DNA of 64,000 bases from an uncultured archaeon (lineage in GTDB: Archaea > Iainarchaeota > Iainarchaeia > Iainarchaeales > GCA-2688035): positions 22,829 to 86,828 of the forward strand of contig CAYHBD010000035.1 in NCBI GenBank assembly GCA_964354805.1, given 5' to 3'. Shown one piece after another: positions 10,169 through 21,063 of this stretch (its first letter is position 1; each line of letters begins with the position of its first letter). Below the pieces are notes generated by a model. That model ran no database searches, was not told where the DNA came from, and saw nothing but the letters and a program-made list of their open reading frames with translations. A program made the position numbers and the translations under genes.

Positions 10169-13100
10169 ATGTTTTCTGAAAAGCTGAGCAGGATTTACAC
10201 TGGCTTGGAAGAGCGCTATTACGCTTTGCTGGATTTTTTGGACGCAAGGGGAGTGCCTGTTTACAAATACAACGATTTTTTGGAATCAAAGGGAATGCCT
10301 GCTTTCCCGATAACTATTGCCCTGATTGTTTTAATCATTGCCGCGATTTACGGGATTTTTTTCATCGGGAACATGATAAACCCGAGCGTTACCATCAGCT
10401 TCCAAGACCAGTTCAACGAGACGGTTGCAGGAGTGCAGGTAAGCGTTAAGGATGCAGCCGGAAAAGCTGTTGCATCAACGAAAACAATTGCCTCTGGTGA
10501 AAGCATTCAATTGCAGGGCATTGCAATAGGCTCAAAGCTTGTGGTGAGCGCAAGCAAAGAGGGCTATGATACAGCCGAAGAGGAAGTAACGGTTGTCAAG
10601 GAAAAAATACCTTTGTCAATGCAGTTGACGAAACAAATCAAGGAAATTGCCGTTGATTTGCAGGCTGTTGACGAGGAAACAGGAGATGCAGTAAAGGGCG
10701 CAGCTATTCAGCTTGAATGGCAGGGCGTTACAAGAACAGGCACAACTGATGCCGCAGGAAAAGCGCATTTCACCGGCATTCCGGAAGATATGCCTGTGAC
10801 AGTAAAGGTCCAGGCAGACGGCTATGAACAGGTGAATACAACAAAAAGCTTTGTGGAGAATGAGCTTGCAACAATTGAATTGAGCGCTGACAGCGCTGCA
10901 CTTGCAGGAATAACAAAATTGATTGTTTCAGTTGAAGATGAGCAAGGCACGCCGATTGAGGGAGCGAAAATAACGATAATGGATAAAAGCAATGACACGG
11001 TGATTGCGGAAAGAACTATTGCCGAAAGCGAAACCCTGTTTGATGTAACAAATGGAACGAGCGTCAGGCTCATTGTCCAGAAAGACGGCTTTCTGCGCTA
11101 TGACAGCCTGCAGAGCGGCGAGAGCAGGACACTGCGGTTGCTGGAAGAGGAGTGGCCTGTTATTCTGCTTAAAGGCGGCAATAAATTAAGCGTAATTGTG
11201 GTTGCAGGGCAATTCCCTTTAAGCGATGCAACAGTCCAGCTTTTTGATTTGAACAGCAACCTTATTGAAAGCGCAATAACTGATTTTGCTGCTGAAGCCG
11301 AATTCACAAATTTGCAGCCTGAACAATATTTTGTAACAGCTTACAAGATCGGATTTTTGCCGGCAAGGGACCAGGTGAATATTGCTGAAACAGAAACAGC
11401 AACAATCAGCTTGCGAACAGCTGATTTGAACAACAGCGCTTACCTCGGCATCTCGGTTTTTGATTCATACAGCGCTGCCGCAAACAACGCTGACTTGTTC
11501 TTTTTTGAAAAAGTTGCAGGCAATGAACTGCCTTTGGGCATACCGCCAATGAAAACAGACATTACAGGCTATGCCGCAATAAAGCCTGCAATCAGCTCAA
11601 CTGTTGTAGTGCACGCTAAAAAGGATTTGCAGGAAGGCAGCGGGGAAAAATTAATTGAAGCAAACAAGGAAAACCAGATGGTTATTGAATTGAGCAAGCC
11701 TTTGACTGTTGTTGAACTGCAGATTGTTGACAAGGACGGCCTGCCTGTCAGCGGAACTGCCTTGATTGAAACAGTCAGCGGAGAACTGCTGTTTGACGGG
11801 AACATAACTGATGGAAGGGTTTACTTTGATGCAATGGGAAACAAGGAAATAAATCTTACAGTTACAACAGATGATGGCCAGACATTCAGCCAGCAGGTCG
11901 ACATTGAGGGAAAGGAAACAGTGAAGGTAACTCTTGGAGAGCAGAACGATGAGCTTGCGCCTACAGTGAATTTTTTGGGAATATTCAATGAGAATGATGA
12001 GCTTGTTGAAGGCATTACGCCAGCAAATTTTTATTGGGCGAAATTTGAAATCAATTGGCCAAGCGGCTTGTCAAAAGGCGGCTTTCACGCAAGGATTGGC
12101 AGCGATGACAGCGCTTTTGTTGATTCGCAGCCTGTTGGCATTGTTGGGTTTGATGCAACAACAGGCAGCTATTTCTTCGGGAAAAGCTTCCAGCCATTGC
12201 CTTTGCCTGGAAACGAGGCAGCTGACAAGCAGAACACTGGCTCGGCAGGGCAATTCAATAAATTTGTTGAACTGTATTTCACCCAGCCACAGAATACGAC
12301 TGTTGTAAGGGTGAAAATAAAGGCAAGGGAATCAATTACAGCAGACAGCGTTGAATTGCATTTCAGGGCATGGAGCGAAGCAGGCGAAAAATTCTACAGG
12401 CAGCCTGCTGATGCTGAATTGGGCAATGAGCTGTTCTCATCCAACAAAACAGCTTTGTATGCTGAAACAACGGATGAAACAATAAATGTTTTCAGCAGCG
12501 ATGCCGTCTGCGAGAAAGAATTGTGCGCTTCCTACTTCTTTGTCCTGCCAAACGGATTGTTTGTTGAAAGGCAGCAATTCACGCCTATGACGGAAGAATT
12601 GTATGCCCTGGAGATTGACCTGAAAGCAAGCAAGGCATTGGATGCAACAATAAAACTGGACACTGACAAGGCAAATCCATTGCTTTACTTCACTGGATAT
12701 GAGGTTGACAACTTTTTGGACCAGCCTACAACAGTGGAAGCGCTTTCATCGCAGACTGATTTGAGCGGGCAGGGCTATATTGATTGGGCTGCGGGAGATG
12801 CCACAGCGCAAACAAGCAGCAATCCTCTCGGCTTTAAAGCAGGAGAGGGCAGCACTGAAACAAGCATTACGTTCACTGTCAGCATTGCAGAAGGCCAGGG
12901 CAGAAAAATAAGGGTTTACTTCAGGCCGTTTGCAGCAGGCAAGGCAAGCATCAAAAGCCAGGCTGTTGCAGAGGCTGTTGTCCTGAACGAGGAATTCAAT
13001 TTCAACATTGAGCAGCAAAAATTCCTGCTGCTAAGCGTTTCACCTGAAGAGGTAAGCGTTGGCCAGGATTTCACTATAACAGCAATAGACAAAGATAATG

Positions 13101-16100
13101 GAGAGGACGTGCAGAATGCGGTAATTCGCCTGCAGGACAGCAAGGGAAAGGACGCTGCTGTAATTGTTGGCAGCGGTGCAACGAGAAAAGGATTGCAGGG
13201 AGAGTACTTTTTCAAAAACAGCTTTAATCCGGGAATATATAAAGCAGTTGCAAGCGCAGCAGGATATGCAACAGCTGAACTGGAAATTGTGATTGCAAGG
13301 GACGGCCTGCTTTCAATCAAAAGCCCGATCACGATTAATATTGCAAAGGGGGAAAGCAGCAAAAGCGTTACAGCTGCATTGAGGAACACAGCGAAAGAGG
13401 AAATTAACGCAATCTCTTACGAACTGGAAAAAGAATCTGATTTCCCGGAGGAATTCGCTGTTTCAGCTCAAATTCCACCAACAATCAGCGCAGGCAAGGA
13501 CGATGTTGCAAGCATCAGCGTGAATCTTGAATTGGGCGAAGAAAGCAGTGAAAGCCTTTACGGAGAGGCTGATTTGATTATAAAAGGAATGGCGGCAGGC
13601 AACTATCCAACCAAAACAAAAGCAAAGCTGATAATTAACTACAACAAGCAGCTTGATGCAGACTGCCTGAAATTCAATACACAGGAGGTTTTAATCAGAT
13701 TAATCGGAACAGCAGGCAGCAGCGCTTCCGAGGAAGTGGAAATAGAAAACACCTGTGAAACAGGGCTTTCATTTAGCGTGAAAGTAAAGGAACAGGAAGC
13801 TGACCCGAACTTAAGCGTGACAGTGCAGAACCTGCAGATTGAAAAAGACGCAACAGAAAAAATGCTAATAACAGCAAGCAACAGGATTGACAGGCTGTAT
13901 TCAATGCAGGAAAGAAGGCACTTCACTATTGCACTTGAATCGCCGCAGCTTGCAAAAAGCATCCAGCTTACTGTTGAACTGTGGAACCCGAGCTTCAATT
14001 TAAGCTATCCGCCAACGCTTGCACTATGGCTTGCGAGGCAGGCTGCAGAAGAAAGCTCTTATTCGCAGATGCCATTGCAGCCGGCAGGTGGAATGGCTTA
14101 CGCCCAAGCTCCATTGCAGATAATGAACAATGGCTTTGCGCCAATAACAGCTTTCAGGGCGGCTGTTGAGGATACATCATACAGGCGCTTTGGCATAACA
14201 GCAGACATAAGGCCATATGCAATTCAAGGCATTAATCTGCAGGCAAACCAGGCACTCTCGCCAATGCGCTATGTTTACGCCGAAACAAGCAAAGCAGAAG
14301 CATTGAAAGAGCCTGCGCAGGGATACATTTACTTCACCGGAGTTGTAATGGGGCACCAATACCCTGACTTGGGCAGAACAATGGTTTCAGTAAATTACAC
14401 AGGCACGCAGTGCCTGAAAGCAACAGCCGGGCAAAGCCTGCTTTTCTCCAGCAAAAAAGCTGAAACAATTCTGGAAAAAGAAATAAAGCTGAAAAATGAA
14501 TGCGGCGAACAAATCAGGATTATTGGAACAGTAAAGCCAGGCAAAATCGGCGGCAATGCATTCATGCTTTTCCCAGCGAATGTAACGCTTGCGCCAGGGC
14601 AGGAAAGCAATTTTGCCTTGCGCTTGATAGGCAGCCAGGAAATGGACAGGGCAGTCAAGCTCAGGGCAATTGGACTGCTTGTAGCGCAAGGCAAGACAAT
14701 TGAATCAAACGACCTGGATGCAACACTGAAATTAGGCGAACTGATTGCAACAACAGAGGGCAAGGCAACGCAGAAAATAAGCATTAAAGCATGTGAAACA
14801 GATACAACAAAACAGCTGAGCTTCCCTGTGCTGAGCAGCGATTGCGCGCAGGGATACTGCGATGCAAAGCAGCTGGCAGCTTACATTATTAATAAAGCTG
14901 ATGATTTGGTCAAGGTTGCAAAAGACAAAATAGCCAGGGCAAAGAGCCAGACAGCAGGCAGCAGCTGCGCTGCGCCTGAAAGAACACACTGCACTTTTGA
15001 CGAAATCGGCGTATCAGAAGAAATGTTCCCTGTTTTCGTGCAATTGGATTTGCTGGATTATGGAACTCTGCTGCAGCAATTGCGTGAAAAAAGCAAAACA
15101 GAATTGAAAGGATATGATGTAATGCAGCAGGCACTGAACCTGGAAGACATTGGCAATGTCGGCTTCAGGTTTGGAAACATTTACCTTGCAAAAGAATTCA
15201 GGGGATGCGGGAAATACTATGTTGAAATAAAAGGCGCCGTGCCTGCATCGCAGGGCGAAATAATTACGGACGAAAGCGGAAGAAACTTTGCCATAGCAAT
15301 AAACATGAAACAAGACAGGGCTGACACAGACCAGTGCCTGCACAGGGTTGAGAATGTTGCAAACTTTTTGCCACTGGACGAAGGATACACTCTCACAACA
15401 GACACAACAGCCTGGCCAGGCTTTGTCCAAGGGAGCAGCGAACAATTTGGAGAATTGCCGAAAATGTTTGCAACCCAATTGTTCAAAAGCCCGGAAGGAA
15501 GATATGCTGCAAGCATAACAAAAAGCAACAGATTGGTTTTAGTAAAAGGGAACACAGGCCAGGGGCTGCTGAAGATAAGGATTGAAAAGTCAGGCAGCGC
15601 TGATGCGCCAAAAACAGTTTATGCGCACGTGCCTGACAACTTCAATGCAGCGGACAAAGAAATGGCAACCAGCATTGCAAACGCTTTGGGCACATTCAAG
15701 GCATATGCTTTCAGCGAAAGCGACTGCTGGGGCGAGGATGAAACAGGGCAGTACATTGTAATGAAAAGCAGCAAGGACATGGAAAAGCTGTACGGCAAGC
15801 TTGCATTGGACGGGGAAAAGGCAATCAAAATAAATTCGCAGGAGCAGTGCATTGACTTTAATGTGACAACAGGCGCAAGGGAAGACATCCAATTCGAAAC
15901 AGACTTTGGCGAAAAAACAAAAGCAGGGATTGAGTATGTTGCAATTTATTTAAAGGGAAAAAGTGAAAAGGAAAAGAGCGCCGTTTTGCTGAAAGAGTCA
16001 GCCAACGGGAAAACCGAGAAAAGCATTTTGAAAAAAGACCAATTGAAAGAAACAACAGCGGAAAAAGAAGGCAAAAAAGAAACAAAATTCAAAGCAGAAG

Positions 16101-18796
16101 CGCAATTCTGCGTAAAAGGCGACAACACCTTCAGCCTGGCTGTTGAAAACATCAAAGAAATCAAAATAACAGCCAGCGGAAATGCAACCCCAGGCAGAAA
16201 AAGCGAGCAATTTGCAGTAAGCATTGAGGCATGCGGAATTCACCCATACGACCTGGTAAAGGAAATGGGAAAGGTTACCATGGAAGAGATTGAGAAAGCA
16301 CCTGACAAAAAAATTGTTGCATTCGCAACAGTCGGATGGAAAGGAGCGCCATCAGAAATAGACATAATTGCAGTGCAGAGGGCAATCTCTGCAGAGGCGG
16401 CAAGAGTGGAAGCTGAAAAAAGATACGGCACAGGAGCAGGCACTCCAACAGCACAACAGCCTGCTTACATGGAAGAGATTGCATGGAGAAAGCTTGGGGC
16501 AACATGGCTTGGATACTTTGTGCCATGCTCAGCAATGGCTTTGCTTTTGAACTGGTGGACCTTTGAAGTGAAAGGAGGCTGGGACATTGCATTAACATGC
16601 GCTGCCCCGGCTGCCTGGAGCACAAAAGACATCATCAAGGACATGGGCAGCGGGGCAAAAGCAGCAATGGAATTTGTTGAAGGCGTTGTAAAAGCAGTGC
16701 TGGAGTATATCCCACTGGTTGGAAAACCGTTTGGCAACTGGCTTTTCCCCGAAGGCGAAAAAATCGCAAGCGTTCCAACAGAGCAGCAGGCAATGGAACA
16801 GGCACAGGACTTCCAGGAAAACATGCTTTACCCAGGGCTTACCGGAGCCTCATTCAGGGACATCACAAGGTCAGTGAGCAATTCATTTGACCTGATAACT
16901 GAAAGCAGCGCGCAAACCGCAGCAACACAAGCAGCCGACGCAATTCTCAAGGATGTGAAGAAAACAGGCTTTTTGAAGGGAATGGCAGACAACCAATTGG
17001 ACCTTGTTTTGGGAGGGCATTACGATTCAGGAGGCAAATTTGTTGCATCCATCACGCCACGCACTTATGCCACAACTTTAATGCCAGTGCCAGGCTCAGG
17101 GAAGCCTTTGCCTGCTTTGAGGGAAAAATTGGCCCAAAAAATTAAGTCCAACCTGCTTGTTGACAAGGGCAAGGCAAAGATTGCCAATAAAATTGCCGAA
17201 GCTTCCCAAAAAGGCTTTGGGGAGGCAGGCCAAGACATGGTTGAAACCTTTGCAAGGGCCGGGATTGAACCAGCAGCTAATGGAGGCTTAACCGGAAACC
17301 TGAAAAACCAGTGGCTTGCAAAACAGAGCCAGTACGTGGATAACCTTGTTGGCGGGCAATCGGTTAGCGGGTTTAATCCGGCGGCACCATCCACTACATC
17401 CACAGTTAAAAACCAAGTCAATACATTTACTAAAAATATAAAGGACTCTTGGAAAGCACAGATTGAAGACCATATTAAAAACAATCTCGGAAAAACAGCG
17501 GAGGGCCAAGCTCTTCTGGCTGACCCCCAATTTATGGCGGATATGAGTACAAAGATCAATAACAGGGCTAAATTAATAAAATTTGCACCAAGCGCAGAAC
17601 TTATAAAAGGCGAAAAAATATATGACCGCGCCGGACGGCTCATAAGAGAAACTCCTGATAGTTTTAAGTACACTGCCACGCTTACGGACAATCTTGACGA
17701 CATCGCCAGAAGGACTATTGTTGATGTGCAGGGCGACATGAGAAAAGCAATGGTAAAAGGCGCAATCGGCACACAGGCTGCTGATGCTTTCGCAACAGAA
17801 ATGTTTAAGGGAGCAGATGCATTGGTTGACCCAACCAAAATAAAGAGCCTGCAGACAAGGTCAGGGAAGTTGAAGGCTGCTGTTAAGGATTTCTTCAGCA
17901 AAAAGTTCTTGAATTTGAAGAATTTGAAAGCCCTCAGCTGGAATCTTATTAAGGGGGCTGGAGTTGGAATTGCCGAGGTTTGGGCAGGAAGCGTTGGCTT
18001 TGACCAGTACTGGGAGAAATTCGGCACACCGCCGGTGCCTGGAGCTGAAACAATTTCCGGCGATGCTCCAAAAATTGACAGGGACGGCGATGGCAGATTT
18101 AATGAAGACCCGATTGACGGCAAAGACAATGACGGCGATGGATTGATTGATGAGGATTATCCTTTGTTTGCTTCGCAGAAATTGCGAAACGGCGGCACGT
18201 ACATGATTGTTGTTTCAAAGGACAGCTATGGCGGAAAGCGATTCAACTTTGTTGAATTGCAGTCAGACCAGCAGTTTGAGGATATGAGAAAGCAATTGCA
18301 GGAAAAGAATGCAGTGCTGTGGGAGGAAGCAGATTGCAAGAACTTTAGGGAGAAGGGAGTTGAAAAGTATTTGGGAAACCTTGCGCCTGTTCCAACAAAG
18401 CAGGCAGCAGCAGAGCACGTTATTGCATATTATGACTATAATCCTTTGATTGCCAGCGCTGCATTGGGAGAGGTAAGCGAAGACCCAAGAAGCCTGGGCG
18501 ATGACCTGCCAGAGGAAGACCTGATGGCAATTTTGATAATCCAGCCGGAGAAAATCACTGGCTGCAATATAGCAAAGCAGTGGTATCTGCCATTGCAGAA
18601 CGAGCAGAAAGAGGCAACAAAGGAAAGGGTAAGGGGCGTTGTTGAATGCGCTGCAAAAGTATTGCGCAGCGCAACAGCCGGCGGCGCCGGTTTCAATGAA
18701 GCGGTTAAAAAATTCAGCGCTGAAACAAAGTATGTTGGATTGGCTGTTCAAACAAGGGACATTTGGGCGAGGTTCAAAATAGTGCAGCCTAAATGA
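10169..18796 (+). CDS. Giant membrane-anchored surface protein, paralog 1 (2875 aa)
   Basis: N-terminal 'YTGLEERYYALLDFL..GVPVY' plus a TM; tandem carboxypeptidase-regulatory-like beta-sandwich repeats; conserved 'HFRAW...PADAELG...ALYA' and 'GYCDAKQ' blocks; DxDGDG motifs at 18077-18157. Confidence 0.9.
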   Translation: MFSEKLSRIYTGLEERYYALLDFLDARGVPVYKYNDFLESKGMPAFPITIALIVLIIAAIYGIFFIGNMINPSVTISFQDQFNETVAGVQVSVKDAAGKAVASTKTIASGESIQLQGIAIGSKLVVSASKEGYDTAEEEVTVVKEKIPLSMQLTKQIKEIAVDLQAVDEETGDAVKGAAIQLEWQGVTRTGTTDAAGKAHFTGIPEDMPVTVKVQADGYEQVNTTKSFVENELATIELSADSAALAGITKLIVSVEDEQGTPIEGAKITIMDKSNDTVIAERTIAESETLFDVTNGTSVRLIVQKDGFLRYDSLQSGESRTLRLLEEEWPVILLKGGNKLSVIVVAGQFPLSDATVQLFDLNSNLIESAITDFAAEAEFTNLQPEQYFVTAYKIGFLPARDQVNIAETETATISLRTADLNNSAYLGISVFDSYSAAANNADLFFFEKVAGNELPLGIPPMKTDITGYAAIKPAISSTVVVHAKKDLQEGSGEKLIEANKENQMVIELSKPLTVVELQIVDKDGLPVSGTALIETVSGELLFDGNITDGRVYFDAMGNKEINLTVTTDDGQTFSQQVDIEGKETVKVTLGEQNDELAPTVNFLGIFNENDELVEGITPANFYWAKFEINWPSGLSKGGFHARIGSDDSAFVDSQPVGIVGFDATTGSYFFGKSFQPLPLPGNEAADKQNTGSAGQFNKFVELYFTQPQNTTVVRVKIKARESITADSVELHFRAWSEAGEKFYRQPADAELGNELFSSNKTALYAETTDETINVFSSDAVCEKELCASYFFVLPNGLFVERQQFTPMTEELYALEIDLKASKALDATIKLDTDKANPLLYFTGYEVDNFLDQPTTVEALSSQTDLSGQGYIDWAAGDATAQTSSNPLGFKAGEGSTETSITFTVSIAEGQGRKIRVYFRPFAAGKASIKSQAVAEAVVLNEEFNFNIEQQKFLLLSVSPEEVSVGQDFTITAIDKDNGEDVQNAVIRLQDSKGKDAAVIVGSGATRKGLQGEYFFKNSFNPGIYKAVASAAGYATAELEIVIARDGLLSIKSPITINIAKGESSKSVTAALRNTAKEEINAISYELEKESDFPEEFAVSAQIPPTISAGKDDVASISVNLELGEESSESLYGEADLIIKGMAAGNYPTKTKAKLIINYNKQLDADCLKFNTQEVLIRLIGTAGSSASEEVEIENTCETGLSFSVKVKEQEADPNLSVTVQNLQIEKDATEKMLITASNRIDRLYSMQERRHFTIALESPQLAKSIQLTVELWNPSFNLSYPPTLALWLARQAAEESSYSQMPLQPAGGMAYAQAPLQIMNNGFAPITAFRAAVEDTSYRRFGITADIRPYAIQGINLQANQALSPMRYVYAETSKAEALKEPAQGYIYFTGVVMGHQYPDLGRTMVSVNYTGTQCLKATAGQSLLFSSKKAETILEKEIKLKNECGEQIRIIGTVKPGKIGGNAFMLFPANVTLAPGQESNFALRLIGSQEMDRAVKLRAIGLLVAQGKTIESNDLDATLKLGELIATTEGKATQKISIKACETDTTKQLSFPVLSSDCAQGYCDAKQLAAYIINKADDLVKVAKDKIARAKSQTAGSSCAAPERTHCTFDEIGVSEEMFPVFVQLDLLDYGTLLQQLREKSKTELKGYDVMQQALNLEDIGNVGFRFGNIYLAKEFRGCGKYYVEIKGAVPASQGEIITDESGRNFAIAINMKQDRADTDQCLHRVENVANFLPLDEGYTLTTDTTAWPGFVQGSSEQFGELPKMFATQLFKSPEGRYAASITKSNRLVLVKGNTGQGLLKIRIEKSGSADAPKTVYAHVPDNFNAADKEMATSIANALGTFKAYAFSESDCWGEDETGQYIVMKSSKDMEKLYGKLALDGEKAIKINSQEQCIDFNVTTGAREDIQFETDFGEKTKAGIEYVAIYLKGKSEKEKSAVLLKESANGKTEKSILKKDQLKETTAEKEGKKETKFKAEAQFCVKGDNTFSLAVENIKEIKITASGNATPGRKSEQFAVSIEACGIHPYDLVKEMGKVTMEEIEKAPDKKIVAFATVGWKGAPSEIDIIAVQRAISAEAARVEAEKRYGTGAGTPTAQQPAYMEEIAWRKLGATWLGYFVPCSAMALLLNWWTFEVKGGWDIALTCAAPAAWSTKDIIKDMGSGAKAAMEFVEGVVKAVLEYIPLVGKPFGNWLFPEGEKIASVPTEQQAMEQAQDFQENMLYPGLTGASFRDITRSVSNSFDLITESSAQTAATQAADAILKDVKKTGFLKGMADNQLDLVLGGHYDSGGKFVASITPRTYATTLMPVPGSGKPLPALREKLAQKIKSNLLVDKGKAKIANKIAEASQKGFGEAGQDMVETFARAGIEPAANGGLTGNLKNQWLAKQSQYVDNLVGGQSVSGFNPAAPSTTSTVKNQVNTFTKNIKDSWKAQIEDHIKNNLGKTAEGQALLADPQFMADMSTKINNRAKLIKFAPSAELIKGEKIYDRAGRLIRETPDSFKYTATLTDNLDDIARRTIVDVQGDMRKAMVKGAIGTQAADAFATEMFKGADALVDPTKIKSLQTRSGKLKAAVKDFFSKKFLNLKNLKALSWNLIKGAGVGIAEVWAGSVGFDQYWEKFGTPPVPGAETISGDAPKIDRDGDGRFNEDPIDGKDNDGDGLIDEDYPLFASQKLRNGGTYMIVVSKDSYGGKRFNFVELQSDQQFEDMRKQLQEKNAVLWEEADCKNFREKGVEKYLGNLAPVPTKQAAAEHVIAYYDYNPLIASAALGEVSEDPRSLGDDLPEEDLMAILIIQPEKITGCNIAKQWYLPLQNEQKEATKERVRGVVECAAKVLRSATAGGAGFNEAVKKFSAETKYVGLAVQTRDIWARFKIVQPK

Positions 18797-18997
18797 AATT
18801 TCCCTTTTAACCTCTTTTTCAGCGGCAACAGCCTTTTCAAAAATGGGTTTAATTTAATGCCCCAGGGGCAAAAGGCAATTTTAACTTTGGGAAAATAAGT
18901 TAAATTCAAAAGAAAAAAAAATCAAAAAAACCCGAATAAGCTGCCAGCACTCCAGCAAAGGAAATTATTTAAATAAGGTAAAACCTATTCTGTTCCT

Positions 18998-20674
18998 ATG
19001 AATGAACGGGCATTCAATTTGTTTACTGCCCTTGTGGCAGCCCTGTTGCTGATGCTGACTGTTTTGCTGGTTAATTCAATGACCCAGTCAGAGAGAAAAA
19101 CAGCTGACACTATTGCAGGAATTCAGTCAAGAAGCGATCTGGAGGCAGTGGCAGAGATGGCAAGGACTGATGCAATGCAGTTATTTAATTTTGGCTTGAG
19201 GGAAAAGATTGAAGACTGGCTAACTAGGGAGGATTTTGGCGGCGTAACCCTGAACTTGCAAGATAAGAGCTGGGAGGATATACAGCGTGACTTTGCTGAA
19301 AGCAAGTTTGGAGGCACAAACAGCGAAGCGCTTGCAGAGTTTATAAAAAACCATTTAATTTTATTATTCCACGGCAACGTATATTTTGAAAACTATGTAA
19401 TTTCTTTGGAGAGCACTGACAGATTGAAGGCGGGATTGGATGCAGCCATTAAAAAAAGCGTTGAAACCGGCGACTTTTTTACCGTAATCGATTGCCCGAA
19501 CGGCGACCCAAAAACATGCGAAAAGGGAACTTTTTATGTTAACCTGCATTTGGAAAAATTAACCCAAGAGGAATACGAAAGCCTGCCGAAACTGCATGTT
19601 TTTGACAAGATAAGCGGAAAGGACCTACAGGTAATTATTCTGCCAAGAACAACCTTCAGGATCTATGTGCCGCTGCGCTTTTTCAAGGCAATTGCCGAAA
19701 CACGGGGATTAATGCACTATCCGCTTGTTGACCAAACAGACACTGCCGATGACCAGGGCCTGTTCTCGCCAAGGGTGCATAACCTGATTGAAGGAATTGC
19801 ACTTGGAATGTGCGATTACGGCTACTGCGCACCGAGAAGCAACCCCTTTACCCCGCCGGAAAATACTGCAATGTTAAGCGGATTCTGCCCAGGAGACAAC
19901 ATGGCAGAAAATTACACAAAGGGTGTAACTATTGAGATTGAGTGCCCACCAAATACAGGAGACTGGTGCCATTCTGGCGAGAAATACAATGCAAATGACT
20001 ACCAAGGCTCAACAGATATGAAAAAGGCTGTACAGAAAATCGCGAAAGAAAAGGCATGCGATGTGATTAAAAAAGCAGAAGAGGCCGGGTACTTGGATTT
20101 CAATAAAGAAGACAAATTCAGCATGGTTGGCAGCGAATGCGGCAATGCCAAAGCCGTTGAAATAAATGTTGAAGCCCTTAAATCAAAAAAAATTTTAAAC
20201 GAGGATACAGTGGATAAGGCAAGCGGCAGCAGCGGCTACACAGGGGTTTTTGATGCAAGCAATTGCCCTTATGACAGCGGCTCAAGCACTGGCAGGACAG
20301 GCCTGTACAAAACCGGCGGGAATGTTTCAAGCCCGAACATCAGTTTTACTGACCTCGGCTGCAGCGGGGATTTCGGCGACACCAGCGCAACATGCGCGCA
20401 GGTGTCAAGCATAAAAGTAACCCTTGCATTTAAGGAGGAAGACCCTGTTTACATGGTAAACAAGCAAGGTGAAAAAATTTACAGAATCACTGTTTACGAC
20501 AACACTTTTGTGCCGTTCACTGCAGCATGGGACAGCGGCGAGATGGGCAGCGACTGCCTTTACAGCAGAGTGCCGCAGAAAAGCAGCTGCTCTGTTGAAC
20601 GGGGAAAAGGCTGGTATTGCCTTTCCTTCATTGACAGGAGCAAAAATGAAGAAAACGGCTGCATGCCTGCCTAA
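18998..20674 (+). CDS. Large Cys-rich pilin-like or secreted protein
   Basis: N-terminus MNERA|FNLFTALVAALLLMLTVLLV resembles a class III signal; Cys-rich C-terminal half. Confidence 0.75.
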   Translation: MNERAFNLFTALVAALLLMLTVLLVNSMTQSERKTADTIAGIQSRSDLEAVAEMARTDAMQLFNFGLREKIEDWLTREDFGGVTLNLQDKSWEDIQRDFAESKFGGTNSEALAEFIKNHLILLFHGNVYFENYVISLESTDRLKAGLDAAIKKSVETGDFFTVIDCPNGDPKTCEKGTFYVNLHLEKLTQEEYESLPKLHVFDKISGKDLQVIILPRTTFRIYVPLRFFKAIAETRGLMHYPLVDQTDTADDQGLFSPRVHNLIEGIALGMCDYGYCAPRSNPFTPPENTAMLSGFCPGDNMAENYTKGVTIEIECPPNTGDWCHSGEKYNANDYQGSTDMKKAVQKIAKEKACDVIKKAEEAGYLDFNKEDKFSMVGSECGNAKAVEINVEALKSKKILNEDTVDKASGSSGYTGVFDASNCPYDSGSSTGRTGLYKTGGNVSSPNISFTDLGCSGDFGDTSATCAQVSSIKVTLAFKEEDPVYMVNKQGEKIYRITVYDNTFVPFTAAWDSGEMGSDCLYSRVPQKSSCSVERGKGWYCLSFIDRSKNEENGCMPA

Positions 20675-20684
20675 AAACCTGCTG

Positions 20685-20853
20685 CAAGAAACTTTTGGAA
20701 AATCGATTCATCAACAAGCCTTTTTTCTTAAGGAAAAAAGCCTCCTTGCAAAACCAAAGGTTTTGCGAGGTCCCGCAAAAGCGAAGCTTTTGCAGGATGG
20801 GAAAAAATGCTTCGCAAAAGTGGCAATACATAAACTTTATATGCCACAAAAAA
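20685..20853. repeat. Composite palindromic repeat: copy of the 45683-45750 element with a three-hairpin element inside
   Basis: Flanks CAAGAAACTTTTGGAAAA..TTCATCAA and AAAAGTGGCAATAYATAAACTTTATATGCCACAAAAAA match 45683-45750. Internal 20716-20807 has three hairpins bounded by AAGCC and TGGGAAAAAA. Confidence 0.85.
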
Positions 20854-21018
20854 GCCGAATAAAAAAGGGCGAACGAAACCGCCAAAAACTGCTACAAAAG
20901 CTATTTAAATGGGAAAAGAGTAATGGATACTGGATTCATTTATTCGGAAACCGGAAGGCGTTTAAGTTAAATTAATAAATAAGAGGCAATAATAATATTA
21001 TATAGTTAAGAAGTGAAT

Positions 21019-21055
21019 AAGCCTTTCTTTAAAAAAAGAAAGCCTTGGGAAAAAG
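21019..21055. repeat. One-hairpin palindromic element, near-identical to the 5' part of the tRNA introns
   Basis: AAGCCTTTCTTTAAAAAAAGAAAGCCTTGGGAAAAAG. Confidence 0.9.
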
Positions 21056-21063
21056 TGGATAGC

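Noticed and set aside
20469-20975. 168-aa ORF in the ORF track
   Set aside because: It overlaps the 18998 gene out of frame and runs through the palindromic repeat; likely spurious. The same applies to 28991..29341.
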